This document shows, one piece after another, positions 42,401 through 54,783 of a stretch of DNA of 64,000 nt (positions within the stretch are counted from its first letter, which is position 1; every line of letters begins with the position of its first letter). Under the pieces are notes generated by a model, which searched no databases, had not been told where the DNA came from, and was given only the letters and a program-made list of their open reading frames with translations. A program made the translations under genes and the position numbers. Where the stretch lies: assembly GCF_009914755.1 (NCBI RefSeq), contig NC_060934.1; one strand, written 5' to 3'. Origin of the DNA: the human T2T-CHM13v2.0 reference genome, Homo sapiens.

Positions 42401-43711
42401 TGGAAATAAATGTTTGAAAATGCATGCTCCAAGGATGTTCTCAAGAGAATACACAAAGGTAAAGAGGGACTCCAGGCATACATACTTTTTTCCTTTTATC
42501 CCCACTGCATTGCCCAAACCTGAGAAAACACCTTTCTAAAGCCTCTGTCTTGTTAAAACCTAGCCTCTTGAGTGTGGTCTAAAACAGTGGAATATTTCAT
42601 TCTGTACTTGCAAAGAAAAATGTAACCAGGAAATATGTAACTCTGCACATTTTAATATTTACTTACTGTAGTATATAGTTAATATTTATTATTCATAATA
42701 TCAGTGTACATTGTGTAAGCTTTATTCTAGGGTGTAGGTGACTACTATGTACCCGTGGTGATAGTTTCTTAGCAGAGCGCTGTGGTACTAGCACACTGGG
42801 CTGGTTACTGATAGATCTTGGGACACTGTTCCTGTTTCAGAACCACATGCAAAGCCTGCTTTGTAAAGTCCTAAAATAATGTGAGCTAGGTGAAAGTACA
42901 GCTGCCTTTGACTCTGCTAATCACATAATAACAGGACATAGTCAGTTTTAAGGGTAGAATGTCATACTTGTGAATTGCTTCACAAAAGGCCAATTGTCTC
43001 TTTTGGGATTTGGGCCACTGTTTTAAGAAGTTTGCCTCGATGTGCATTCTAACTGCCCAGCCACAGACTGCTAATCCCACTCCACCACTGAAAGAAGACC
43101 CAGTTTAATAATTTGTATCAAAATGGGAAAGGATCACAGGCCTGTAGGTTTTTATGTGGCTCACCTCCTGCCAAAGGGATGGGAATTTATGGATTTCCTG
43201 AAAGAAGCTGGGCGTGGAAAGAAAGAAGAGAAGGCCCCAAACTGCCAACTAAGAAGTGTCGCAATATATTTGATGACAGTGCAGAGGAAAATAAAACACA
43301 AGGCACGTGGAGAAGGAAACCTAAACAGTCCAAAATTTCCACTGAGTGTTCAGGGCAAGGAGCAAACAGCTAAGAGCCATAATAGGGTGATACATACCAT
43401 ATGATTGAAGAGGATGAGCTACTCTTTGCCCCAGTCACCTAACTTTGGCTTCACTCCTAGAACTTGCTTAGGGTATCTCTTACAGAGTAGCTGTACTCTA
43501 TCGAGTATCTATTATAATCATAGAATATTAGATCTGGAAGAGGCATTGGAGATCACCTGGTGACAAAGAGTCGGCAAGGCCTTGTGTGAATGCAATCTGT
43601 CCCCTGTCTCTTTCTATGCATGAGTAATTTTGGAAGAATTCCAGGATTATTCTAGAGCTCCAGGCAACCCGAGGATGTCTCTTGCACCCTCACAGACCTC
43701 TTGCTTGTTCT

Positions 43712-44471
43712 TTTTTCTTTCCTTTTTTTTTATATGTAACTTTTATTTTAAGTTCAGGGGTACATGTGCAGGTTTGTTATATAGGTAGAGTTGTGTCATG
43801 GAGGTTGGTTGTACAGATTATTTCATCACCCAGGTATTAAGCCTGGTACCCATTAATTATTTTTCCCAATCCTCTCCCTCTTCTCAGCCTCCACCCTCTG
43901 GTAGGCCCCAGTGTGTGTTGTTCCCCTCTATGTGTCCATGTGTTCCCATCATTTAGCTCCCAGTTATAAGTGAGGACATGTGGTATCTGGTTTTCTGTTC
44001 CTGTGTTAGTTTACTAAGGATAATGGCCTCCAGCTCTGTATTAGTCTGTTCTCACATTGCTATGAATAAATACCTGAGACTGGGTAATTTATGAAAAGGA
44101 AAGGGGTTTAACTGACTTAAAGTTCCATATGAATGGAGAGGCCTCAGGAAATTTACAATCATGGCAGAAGGCAAAGAAGAAGCAGGCACCTTCTTCATAG
44201 GGCAGAAGGACGGAGTGAGTGCAAGCAGGGGAAATGCCAGATGCTTATAAAACCACCATATCTCATGAGAATCACTCATTATCATGAGAACAGCATGGGG
44301 GAAACTGCTCCCATGATCCAGTTACCTCCACCTGGTCACACCCTTGACATATGGGGATTACAAGTCAAGATGAGATTTTGGGTGTGGACATAGCCAAACC
44401 ATACCGAGCTCCATGCATGTTCTACCAAAGGATATCAGCTTATTCTTTTTCATGGCTGCATAGTATTCCAT
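43712..44471 (-). mobile_element. L1PA (about PA13-15) 3' end interrupted by a THE1 LTR
   Basis: TTTAAGTTCAGGGGTACATGTGCAGG...GTACAGATTATTTCATCACCCAGG...ATGGCCTCCAGCTC, resuming AGCTCCATGCATGT..GGCTGCATAGTATTCCAT. Confidence 0.9.
44037..44406 (-). mobile_element. THE1 (C/D-like) MaLR solo LTR
   Basis: TGTATTAGTC...CTGAGACTGGGTAATTTAT...AGATGAGATTTTGGGTG..AGCCAAACCATA; 5-bp TSD AGCTC at 44032-44036 and 44407-44411. Confidence 0.93.
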
Positions 44472-44473
44472 CA

Positions 44474-44760
44474 TTTTTTTTTTTCGAGTTCTCACTCTGC
44501 TGTCCAGGCTGGAGTGCAGTGGCACCATCATGGCTCACTGCATCCTCGACTTTCCAGACTCAAGTGATCCTCCCACCTCAGCCTCCTGAGTAGCTGGGCC
44601 ACAGACGTGCACCATCAAGCCCAGCTAATTTTTGTATTTTTTGTAGAGACAGGGTTTCACCATGTTGTCCAGGCAGCTCTCAAATTCCTGGGCTAAAGTG
44701 CTCCTCCTGCTTCAGCCTCCCAAAGTGCTGGGATTCCAGGTGTGAGCCCCTGTCCCCAGC
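44474..44760 (-). mobile_element. AluJ
   Basis: CATCATGGCTCACTGCATCCTCGAC..CTCAAGTGATCCTCCCACC. Confidence 0.92.
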
Positions 44761-45306
44761 TCCCATGCTTGTTCTGATCTACTGCTACTATGAATGAGAG
44801 AGTCTCTGTGGGACATTTTCCTTCTCCAACAGGAGAAGGATATTTCCTTACCCCAAATATCCTTCCAGGAATTGAGGCACAACTGACCTCATCATTCTCT
44901 CAAACCTTTTGGGAGGCCTAATATCTGTTCTTTTTGAATCGAGACCCTTTTGAAGGTGGGGGTAGATCAAAGAACTTTCTCAGGCACTTAACCAGAATGC
45001 TCCTTGCTTCCCAGCAGAATTCTCTTTCTTCCCAGACCATGGAATAGTTAACCTGTCTAGGGCAAAAAAGAACTGGCTCTTCTATCATCAAATATATGTC
45101 TCACATCTATTATTTATTATATAAATTTCAAGGTTTTACACTAAAGTAAAACTCAGGATTTTGTGATTCAAAATATTTATTCTCAAATTATTGCTCTTGC
45201 CATATGTTTTTTAAAGCCCAGTTTGAAATTTGAGAACTCAGAATTGACACTTTTTCTGCCTCTGCCTGAGGCAGAGAGTCCAGGGTGGCTTGACCAAAAT
45301 GTGGAG

Positions 45307-45386
45307 ACCAGAATACGTGGGTTCACATTTCAAAATCTTATTGGCCACCAGAATACGTGGGTTCACATTTCAAAATCTTATTGGCC
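45307..45386. repeat. Perfect 40-bp tandem duplication
   Basis: ACCAGAATACGTGGGTTCACATTTCAAAATCTTATTGGCC occurs twice in tandem. Confidence 0.97.
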
Positions 45387-46109
45387 ACAATTTATTGCAT
45401 TGTACACATGTTAAGAGTAGGCTCAATGGGTGTTCTATCTGGAGGAATATGCGATGGACAAGATCTTTGGCCAAACCATAATTCCAGAAATGGAGTGGAT
45501 GAGCCAGGCCCTGCTGATGGTGGACCCAGTGGACTCCAGGAACCTAGTCGAAATCACTGTTTTTGGATGACCCTGTGTACAGAATTGGGTAAAGAGCTTG
45601 CTCCCATGCCTGGCATGGTTTCACCAAAAACATCATGCCTGAACTGTGAAGAAAAAACACCTTGAGAAGAATGTGAAGGCCTGTGCTTCAGGCCCCCATG
45701 CTCCCCAGCATCTTTTTGCTTAAGACAATATAACTATTGTCAGGAAGAGTTTGAGAACTTTCCTGCTTTTGCTGCTGAAGTTGAAGAGAAGCAAGTACAG
45801 CATTCCTAAATCGCTGCTTTCCTTTTTCCTGTGTCTTGATGGATAGTGGTTTATTTTTTTGCAAGAGAGTTTAAAGAACTAATAAAGAAATGACTATTTT
45901 GTCCAATGGTATAAAGATCTTTGCACACTAAAAATTAGGCAAATTTATAAAAGATTAAAAAAAGAGTAGACTAAATGGACTAATTTCTCCATAAAGAATG
46001 TAATGGCTCCAGCTAGTAAAGGGATGCTAACTGGAAGGAATTAGGCCTGAGACTGAACAAATATTTGCCTGCTTCCAAAATATTCTTAATTCTTCTCAGC
46101 CCCATATTC

Positions 46110-47142
46110 ACCCTGGATTTATCTTCTGGTGTATGCAACAAATCACTACGTTAGCAGATTATATGATATAGTTTGGATCTGTGTCCCCACCCAAATCTCA
46201 TGTCGAATTGTAATCCCCAATGTTGGAGGGGTGCCTGGTGAGAGATGATTGGATCTTGGGGGTGGATTTCTCATGAATGGCCTAACATCATCCCCTTGGT
46301 GCTGTTCTCATGATAGTGAGTGAGTTATCCTGAGATCTGGTTGTTTGAAAGTGTGTAGCACCTGCACTCTCTCTCTCTATTATTCCTGCCATGTAAGATG
46401 AATCTACTCCCCCTTGGCCTTCTCCCATGGTTGTAAGTTTCTTGAAGCTTCCCCAGAAACTAAGCAGATGCTGGCACCATGCTTCCTGTATAGCTTGTGG
46501 AATTGTGAGCCAGTTAAACCTCTTTTCTTTATAAATTATCCTATCTCAGGTGTTTCTTTATAGCAATGCAAAAATGGACTAATACATTATATAATAAAAA
46601 ATGTATTATCTCACAGTTTTCACTGGTCAAGAGTCTGGGTACAGCTTAGCTCGGTCCCCTCCCCAGGGTCCTACAAGTGTGAAAGCAGAATGTCAGCCTG
46701 GGCTGTGGTCTGATAGGAACTTTTGAGCTCACTTTCAAGCCCACAGGTTGCTGGTAAAATTCAGTTTCTTGCTTGTCGGACTAAGGCCCTCAGCTCGCCC
46801 ATCAGACCCTACCTCTGGCCCTGTCCGCATATGGCAACTTGCTTCTGCAAGGCCAGCTTCTCTGCTGTTTCAGGTCTCTCTGGCTTTTTCGATCTCTGGC
46901 TGCTAGACTGTCTTTTAAAGAGATCTCCTGATTAGGTCAGGCCCACCCAGGATCGTTTCCCTTTTAATGAACTTAAAGTCAATTGGTCAAGGACTTTAAT
47001 TATATTAAACTATCCTCTTACCCTTGCCATTGAACTACTCAGTCATGGAGGTGATGCCTCACCAGATTCACAGGTCCTGCCCACATGCAAAGTGACGAGA
47101 GGCAGAAATCTCGAAGGCTGTCTTAGAATTCGGTTTTCCACA
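46110..47142 (-). mobile_element. MLT1 (E-like) MaLR LTR interrupted by MSTA
   Basis: aacaaatcac...tattatctcacagtt..ggtcaagagtctggg..cagcttagct...gattaggtcaggcccacccagga...cttagaattc..ccaca. Confidence 0.8.
46164..46586 (+). mobile_element. MSTA-like MaLR solo LTR
   Basis: TGATATAGTTTGGATCTGTGTCCCCACCCAAATCTCATG...GGACTAATACA; TSD TTATA at 46159-46163 and 46587-46591. Confidence 0.93.
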
Positions 47143-48959
47143 CCTTCCCAGGTCTCATCCTTGCTGGTGGCATTTTAACCTCATACTTTGTCCTCATCTC
47201 AACATTCACCCCACCCATGGCTCAGCAGAAGCCTCTGCTTGAGGACATTCTTCCTTTGAAGACACAAACATGAGCTGATTCTATTCTTGGTCTTGAGTTT
47301 TCTTTATTTTTGAGAATTGTTATAAAAACAGAGTTTCACTACGTTTGGGGACTCCTGTTTTTTAGAACAAAGAAGAGATTATAATTAGCTAAATGCCTAA
47401 CCTGGACTTCAAAAGGGAAGAGGGGACCATATATTATTTGAGTTTATGCACACCAAAGGCTAAAGCAATTTTGCACATGATCTTGTCTTACTTCGCATGT
47501 TGGGCTAGTTGTCATTACTTTTTACCTTTATTTGTTTATTTTCCATTGCACAATGACTCAGCAAGTGAGAATACTGTCAGAATGTCAGCCTGTGCCACAT
47601 TTGGAGGTCAGACTCTTGACATTATGGAAAGTTCATGACCGCTTCTCAGCAAATTTCCCAGAAGAAACCTTCTGAACTCCTGCTCCTCATTCTTGAGAAA
47701 TGTAAATGTTTTGTAAAATAGTTTTAGATTGTGTCATGGTTGTCAATGGCTCATAAAATTCATCCAGGATGGCTATTTTATAACATTCTCCGCTTCACCT
47801 GTTTCTGACTAAAATGGTTTGGGATGGTGTCACTGAGAAACCTGATATCCCTTAAAGCTGGGAAAACAATACATTCTCCTAGACTGGAGTGTGTGAGTAA
47901 ATGAGATGAACTTTAAATTTCTTCTGGAACCTAAAGCTGTATCTAGAATTATGCTGTTGCAGATACAAAACTGTTTATGTCCTGAAAGAAATTATGATTG
48001 TGTCATGGTACTAAAGAAGCTGGTGTGAAAGATACCAGCCAGTGGCCTGTTTGGGTATTTTATTTATTTAGTATCAAGTGCCTAAATATTGCAAAATATC
48101 CTTATCTGCTTCTGCATCTATATCTGTATCTGTTGCCAACCTAAAATGTCTTACAGAGAAAGCATCGTCTGAGTGGCTTGGGTTGCAGTTTGAAAGACAA
48201 TTAGCAGTTTCTTTGGAGCCAAGAAGATTTCAAAGAAAATAATGGCTCCTAATACTCACATGTGGTCTCCCACACATATTTTTTCCTTTATCAGCTAAGT
48301 ACACGATCACTGCCAGTGAAAATGCTCTTTGCTGCCAAGGTAAGTTCAACGAATGTCGCTACTCTGCTCATTCTTTCCTTTGAGATTGTAACCGTGGTGA
48401 AATATATAAAGACAACATCTATTAATCCTCCAGCAGTAAAATTAGTCAATTACCTACTTTCAAGATTAATAGGTTTCCTTTTTTCAACGGGGAAGAACTT
48501 GGATTTTGTGACTGTGTGGCTGACATGGCAGCTCAATAAGTTGGCAACAAAAATACTCGCCTTATGAACAAGATATGTCTGTCTTTATTAGTATTAACTA
48601 GAATGGTAGCCTTGACAATACCTAAAACCTGGACTAATGTCTAGACATCGCTCTCATGACCAGGCATAGCATGCAAATTTCTCGCCATTAAAATTATTTA
48701 CATGAATTTAAAAAGATCTCTAAGCTTCTCTCTAATACCTATAAGGGGTGTCGGAACAGTATCCTTCCAAATATTACATTATATTTATCTATGTCTTTAA
48801 ATTAACAAACATTTTTATTATTATTAAAGCAATGCACACTCAAGATAAAATTTTCAAATAGTAAGATGCAAAAAAAAAATATTCACTACTTCTCAAATTC
48901 CTCTGTTCCACTACCCAGAAGCAGTCACGGTTAACTGTGTTTCTTTGCAGAAATAAAGG

Positions 48960-49018
48960 TCTCTCTAGCTCTCTCTCTCTCCTTTCTTTCTCTCTCTGTC
49001 TCACACACACACACACAT
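48960..49018. repeat. (CT)n-(CA)n low-complexity repeat
   Basis: Direct reading of the sequence. Confidence 0.85.
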
Positions 49019-49560
49019 GCACTGCACTCACATAAATAGTATCATATGTTTACAAGTCAAAACTCATCAGATAAGTTGTCCCTATTCATCACTCCTTTGA
49101 ATGTTTCACTAAAATTAAATAGACTTATTTAAATTCCAGGACTTCTCAATTTCATCCTGGTAAAGAATATATATTCATTCAGTACAAAAATTCAGGATCA
49201 TCTGAGGTTATATCCATCAAGTTGAGATATTCCAAAGCACAGTTTAAAACCTCAAAATTAAATCATGTATACAGTTTATCCCTCAACACTTAATCATGTC
49301 TGTTTACAAATATTGTTATCAATAATTTTAGTTTGCTAAAATCTAAATTGTAAATTTTTTTTGTTGCTTGATTTGCTTAAAGTTCTCCAACTGATTTGGA
49401 ATAAAATGTAACCAAAATTTAGATGAGTAATTTATGAAAAGTTCAATACAATTATAGAACACTTAGGTTGATTTATGAAGTGATTCTTAAAAGACTCAAA
49501 CATTTTGAGAATCCTATAGTGATGGCAGCAATAAAGATCAAGGATTTACTGCCATGCTAA

Positions 49561-49564
<4 letters not shown>

Positions 49565-49608
<44 letters not shown>
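49565..49608. repeat. Perfect (TG)22 microsatellite
   Basis: Direct reading of the sequence. Confidence 0.97.
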
Positions 49609-49610
<2 letters not shown>

Positions 49611-50629
49611 CAACAACAGCTTCAACAGAAAAAAAGTTTTATTATTGCGTAATTTTGTAAAAGCCTTTGTAAATTTTAAGAAATATGGCTTACATTTCAT
49701 TTGGTAGAATATCATTGATATTGTTAATTTAGTAGGAACATAACTTTTAAAATTACAGATTTCTTAATTTAGTAAGGACATTACTTTTATCATATTATAC
49801 TTCACCAAAGTTATTTGCTCTTTAGCTTTGAACTTTTCAACTGAAATTATAATGACATTTATAACAGTATGAAATGTTTTGCCACAAACAATATAACTTC
49901 CATCTATAAACGTCTAGAAAAAATGAACTAATTTTCAAATTAACTGACTTTTATTTGAACAACTTACGATGCTGGTATACCAGTTTTATTGTTTAAGTTC
50001 TTTTTCTTTGCAAGCGGATCCAAAGTATTAATAGTTACCACTTTTGTACATGTCCAAGAAAACGTGGAATTCAAAATGAGCACAATTAATTTGGAAAAAG
50101 TTATCTGATCTAAATGAAAAGTCATGCTTCTCAGAGGGGTATAAAGGCTTACTTCCTGAAAGAGCACATATGAAGCCTCTGTCTTAAACACAGTCTTTCC
50201 CACCTAACTTCCAACAGTTGAAATACCTGTTGGTGCTTCTTCAGAGTGGTGTCTTCTGTGTTTCCCATAACCATTTTATAGTGATATTACTGTGGCGATA
50301 AGAAGATGGTAGGTACTTTGAATCATTTTGTGCCAATTACACATGTATCATCAACTTCTTTTGATAGATAGAAATTCAGTCATTCATTTTTCATGAAATA
50401 TGCTCTTTCATATTTTGAACCCATTACTGCCCAAAGGGTTTATTGCAAAATATACAAGTATAGTCAAACAATAAAGCGAATCAATAATAATAGATCTACA
50501 CATGGTATTATCTGAGATGATGGCAGAAGTTGGAAGTATAAAGTAGAGATCTAGCTAATCTACCCTGACTAATTGTATTTCCACTAATATTACAAATACA
50601 TTGGAAATGAAAACATCTGAGACAAATGC

Positions 50630-50705
50630 TAAGCCATTCAGGATTCCAGGACAACAGCCATGACCCAGGACTGCCCTAGGCAAACTGAAATGCATGGTTA
50701 CTATA
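50630..50705. mobile_element. hAT-Blackjack MITE end (MER81/MER94-like)
   Basis: ggacaacagc..ccaggactgccctaggcaaactg..atggttacta resembles the terminal GGGACTGTCCCGGGCAAACCGGGAC..TGGTCACCCTA. Confidence 0.5.
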
Positions 50706-50709
50706 CCTA

Positions 50710-51310
50710 CAGTGGACGCCTATTGGTTTGTCTCCTGCTGATCTGTTTTCTTATGTTAGTAATAGTGCCTTAATTTCTTTTTCAGGGAGCTGTACTTTTT
50801 CAGTCTAAGCTCATGTGTTTTAGGTCATGGTAAATGTACTCAATGACTTCAGGGACAGGTACATAATCCAGGAGAGAGCCAATTAGAAATGCTGAATCTC
50901 TTAACCTCAAAGATTGGTTCAAAAATAGGAATGTGACCAAGGCCAGGTCAATCCATGCCCTCTGATAGGGAAGTGGTTGGCTGCGACTACCAAAAATGGA
51001 GCACTGCCTTCTTCTGGGAATGCAGGTGCCAAGCAACACGGACGCCTAGGACTTCAGATGGCTGTGTTTGTAGCTCAGTGGGAACAGCCTGCCCAAGAAT
51101 AAAACCCAAGCAGAGAAAAGTAGAAGCTGAGAGATGTAGGACTAAAAGGAATAAAATAAAATCCCCGAATCCAAGAATTGCTGAAAACAATGTTTCTTTT
51201 GATTCTCCTAGTTACAGGAGACAATAAATTTTACTACTACCCATTTCAAAGCTAGTTTAAATTGTATTTTCACCACTTAAAACCAAACCAACAGAAGCCA
51301 GTCTGATATA
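50710..51310 (+). mobile_element. Old ERVL-type LTR (LTR33/16-like)
   Basis: gattggttc..gaatgtgaccaaggccagg.caatc...cagcctgcc...agttac..gacaataaatt..aagctagttt. Confidence 0.5.
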
Positions 51311-52524
51311 AAGCTAAGAGTGGCTATACTGATGTCATCCACACAACAATAACCAGGTAATTTAGTTTGTATTTATGGAAAAACTACCCGGTTCTCATAG
51401 GCAGGAAGAGTTGGGAGGGGGAGACTCTGTGTGTCTGGGGAGGAGTAAATGGGAGAGATGTTAAATTTGATTATGGGATAGCACCTTGAGTCAGAGGATG
51501 GGTAGGCAATAAAACTTATTTTTTTCATTATGGTGATTTGTATCCTAAAAGAATGGCTTAATAATAGAGTACCAATTGTTTAAACTGAGAATGGGTTATT
51601 TTTGAAACATAAATTAAAGACAAATAAACAGCTAAAAGATATCCATCCCCCCCCCCCCACCAAAGGAAAAAACAATGTACTCAATAACAATGAAAAAAAA
51701 TGGAGGAGGTATTAGAGGTTTTCAATTAAGATGTGCCTAGGTTAATACAGATGTTAACGCAGTTGTGTTTTTTAAACCTGAACAACAGGGATAGTGAAGA
51801 GTGGGCTTGACTTCTTGAGAATATTCTTTTAGAGAATGAAAGAAAAAAGCATAAGAGAACTTCCTTGTGGGTGAAGAGCAACTGTCCCCTTTAAAAGGCT
51901 TATGAAAGTAAACTATAACAATGATAGATATTTTAAAACTTCTATTATTTTATTTCTGTGATACTTTAAATAAGGAAATGTTGGGAGCAATATAATTCCT
52001 GAATGAAGAAAAATCATTCAATAAATTATAGTACCTCCCTAGACTAAAATACTAAAACTCTTTTTTTAAGGAGAAAAATTAATGACACAGCAAATGTATA
52101 TAATACAATGTTAAATTAAAATAATTAGGTCCAAAATATGTAAATATGTTTGATTTTCATAAGAAATAATTATTAGTAAGTTTAGAGTCCACCTCTGAAA
52201 GGTGAGATACTTGGTGGTTTTTCTGTCCTAATTATAATTTTTCTATATTTCATATTTTCTACAATAATAGCAAAAATAAATTTTTAAAAATAAATCAAAA
52301 AAAAAAAAAAAACTCATGAACTCCAATTCTTAAATGTCTCCCAGGAAGACTATTTAATTATCTTCTTCTGAGTTCATTCCAAATGTCTTATAATATTTCT
52401 AATCTGGTGAGAAGGAGGCAAAAAGAAATTCAGAATATCTTTAAATGCAAGACGAGGTGGCATATCGAGACCATGATGAGGATTAATCAAACTATAAATG
52501 GCTACAACGGGAGTTATGGAGCCC

Positions 52525-52686
52525 CTGGTTGCCTGCCTTGTGGGGTTCAGGGACCAGCAGCAGTGGGCTCACCTAGGAGCCTGTTAGAAATGATGAAACT
52601 GGTCCCAACTCAGACCTACCAAATGAGAATCTGCATTTTAACAAGAGCCCCAAGCGATGTGTAAAACATACATTTGGAGACCACTG
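52525..52686. mobile_element. MER5A hAT-Charlie MITE
   Basis: ggaccagcagca..cacctaggagcctgttagaaatg...cagacctac..aatctgcattttaacaaga.cccca...tttggagaccactg. Confidence 0.85.
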
Positions 52687-54540
52687 ATGTAGAACTTTGG
52701 GTTGTAGGAATTTTAGTCGGCCTGTTTTATGCTGCCCTGGGGGTTGTATTGTTAGGACAGGCACTGTAAGTCACAGCTATTTTATTTTTCTGTAGCCATC
52801 CGTGGAAGATTAAAAACAAGTGCAGGTAATCGTTTCTCAACTCTTTTCTACGTTGAGTTATTCTCGATTGAATGTTCATAATTTCAGATGATTCAGCTTG
52901 GAATGTTACCAGAGAAGAATCTCGCTTGTCATTTAATGTCTTCATTCCAAACAGGTGTTTTCTCTGTTTAGTTCTGCTACGCAAAATCAAGAACTTCTCG
53001 TAAGGGAAAACACAGTGACAAAACTCACTGCAAAATTAGCTTGCTTCCAAGCTACCATGCTGCTTAATCTCACAGGCTGGAATTCCAGCAATGCTGTCTT
53101 CATGATTTTGTTAGTATTAGAAGCATACCTTTGTTTTGTTTTGCTTTGCTTCATTTTTGCCCCATCCTGAACACAAAGTTGGGTTACACTGGCAGTTGTC
53201 ACAATAGCTCATTACACCCCTATTTGGCCAAGGATATGGGTTAAGGAATAAATCAGAGTCTTGATGGTTCAGTTCGTGCCACTCCTGGCTATTAGACGTG
53301 TGTCACTGAGCAAAGTTCCAATCAAAGCCGGTGGGGAGGCAGCGAGGGGTCACAGAGCATGCCTGTGCCTAATTGCCGGGCGGCTGACTAAAGGAAGTTT
53401 GTAATAAAAGGCCGTTAACTACCGGCCTTTCCAATCAGTGAAGCAAGAATACTAAGAAATTATGTTTAGCAACTAACAATTTGAAGGAAAAGCCTTAATG
53501 TAAATTTTTTTTCATTCTCCACCCCTCATCCTAAAAAGAAACAAACAAACAAAACAAACAAACAAAAACACAACCAATCAAACAGCCAAAAACCCCATAG
53601 AACATACAGTCAGTTTAATCTTAAATCAGTTAGTATAGAATTCACAAAATCTACCTTTTACAGGGTAAAGGATAGGGAGGTTTCTTTCTGAACATTAAAA
53701 TGTTCTTCCCTAAAGAAACTTGTATAACCCACCCAATTTCTTTTAAATATGAATTTGTGAAGGAAGATTATTACCATATTTATTTAAAAATGTACTTGTT
53801 ATAGAAGAAATTAATTCTGTAAATCAAGCCTAATTAACCATTATATAACATATAAAATATCTCTTCAGTAGATTTCCTGGGCACTTTCTCATCAAGTCTT
53901 CTCTGTATTGATATCCTTTCTACTTTTCTATCTCCCCCAACCCAAAACTGTTGGGAGAAAAAGATTGAATGTTGGTTTTAGACACAGTGGTATCTGAGGT
54001 TATTATTCTTAACTGCTAGGTCACTTGATGTTGTAGCTATGAACCTCAGCTCCATTAGTACACAGCTGGGCTGGAGCTGACCAGCCGTGGACAGAGAAAG
54101 GCCAGCTCTTGTGGCAGCCTCGTGAAATGCTGGCTGTCATTTTACCCTTTGACATAAGTGAATAACTGTTCAAAGTTTGATGGACTTCTGGCTAATCTTA
54201 TTTATTAACCAAATTGTAGTTGTTATTTTCCTTTCAGAGTTTATTAGGGAATTCTAATAGTATTTATAGCACCCTTTTCCTAAAAGCAACAGCAAAACAA
54301 TTCAAAGGCACATACATACGAAGTTTTGTTTTCAATTTTGGGGCTTCAAGCGTCTGACCTCCTAAATGTGTTCTGTGAGCTGTTATGTGTTCATGAACCA
54401 CAGATAAACAACCTCTCGTTGTTAAAACAATTAGAGGGAAGGAAGACTAAGATGTGGGACCCTGGGACAAATATCTACAGACATATTTTTCTGCTCATAT
54501 AGCTCCATTGTTAATAAAATGTTTTTTAAAAATATAATAA

Positions 54541-54783
54541 GCCTGGGAATGGTGGCTCACGCCTCTAATACCACCACGCCTCAGGTGGATCACCTGAGGT
54601 CAGGAGTTTGAGACCATCCTGGCCAACACGGTGAAACCCCGTCTGTACTAAAAACAGAGAAATTAGCTGGGTTTGGTGGTGTGTGCTTGTAATCCCAGCT
54701 ACTAGGGAGGCTGAGGCAGGAGAATCGCTTGAACCTGGGAGGAAGAGGTTGCCCTGAACCGAGATTGCACCATTGCACTCCAG
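54541..54783 (+). mobile_element. AluS, 3'-truncated with no tail, and an altered left arm
   Basis: Ends abruptly at CACTCCAG; TTTGGGAGGCCGAGG segment is replaced or deleted. Confidence 0.9.

Noticed and set aside
45307-45386. CRISPR-like repeat
   Set aside because: Only two abutting copies with no spacers, in primate DNA; a simple tandem duplication
51647-51658. C12 homopolymer (G-run on minus strand)
   Set aside because: Isolated short run with no supporting context
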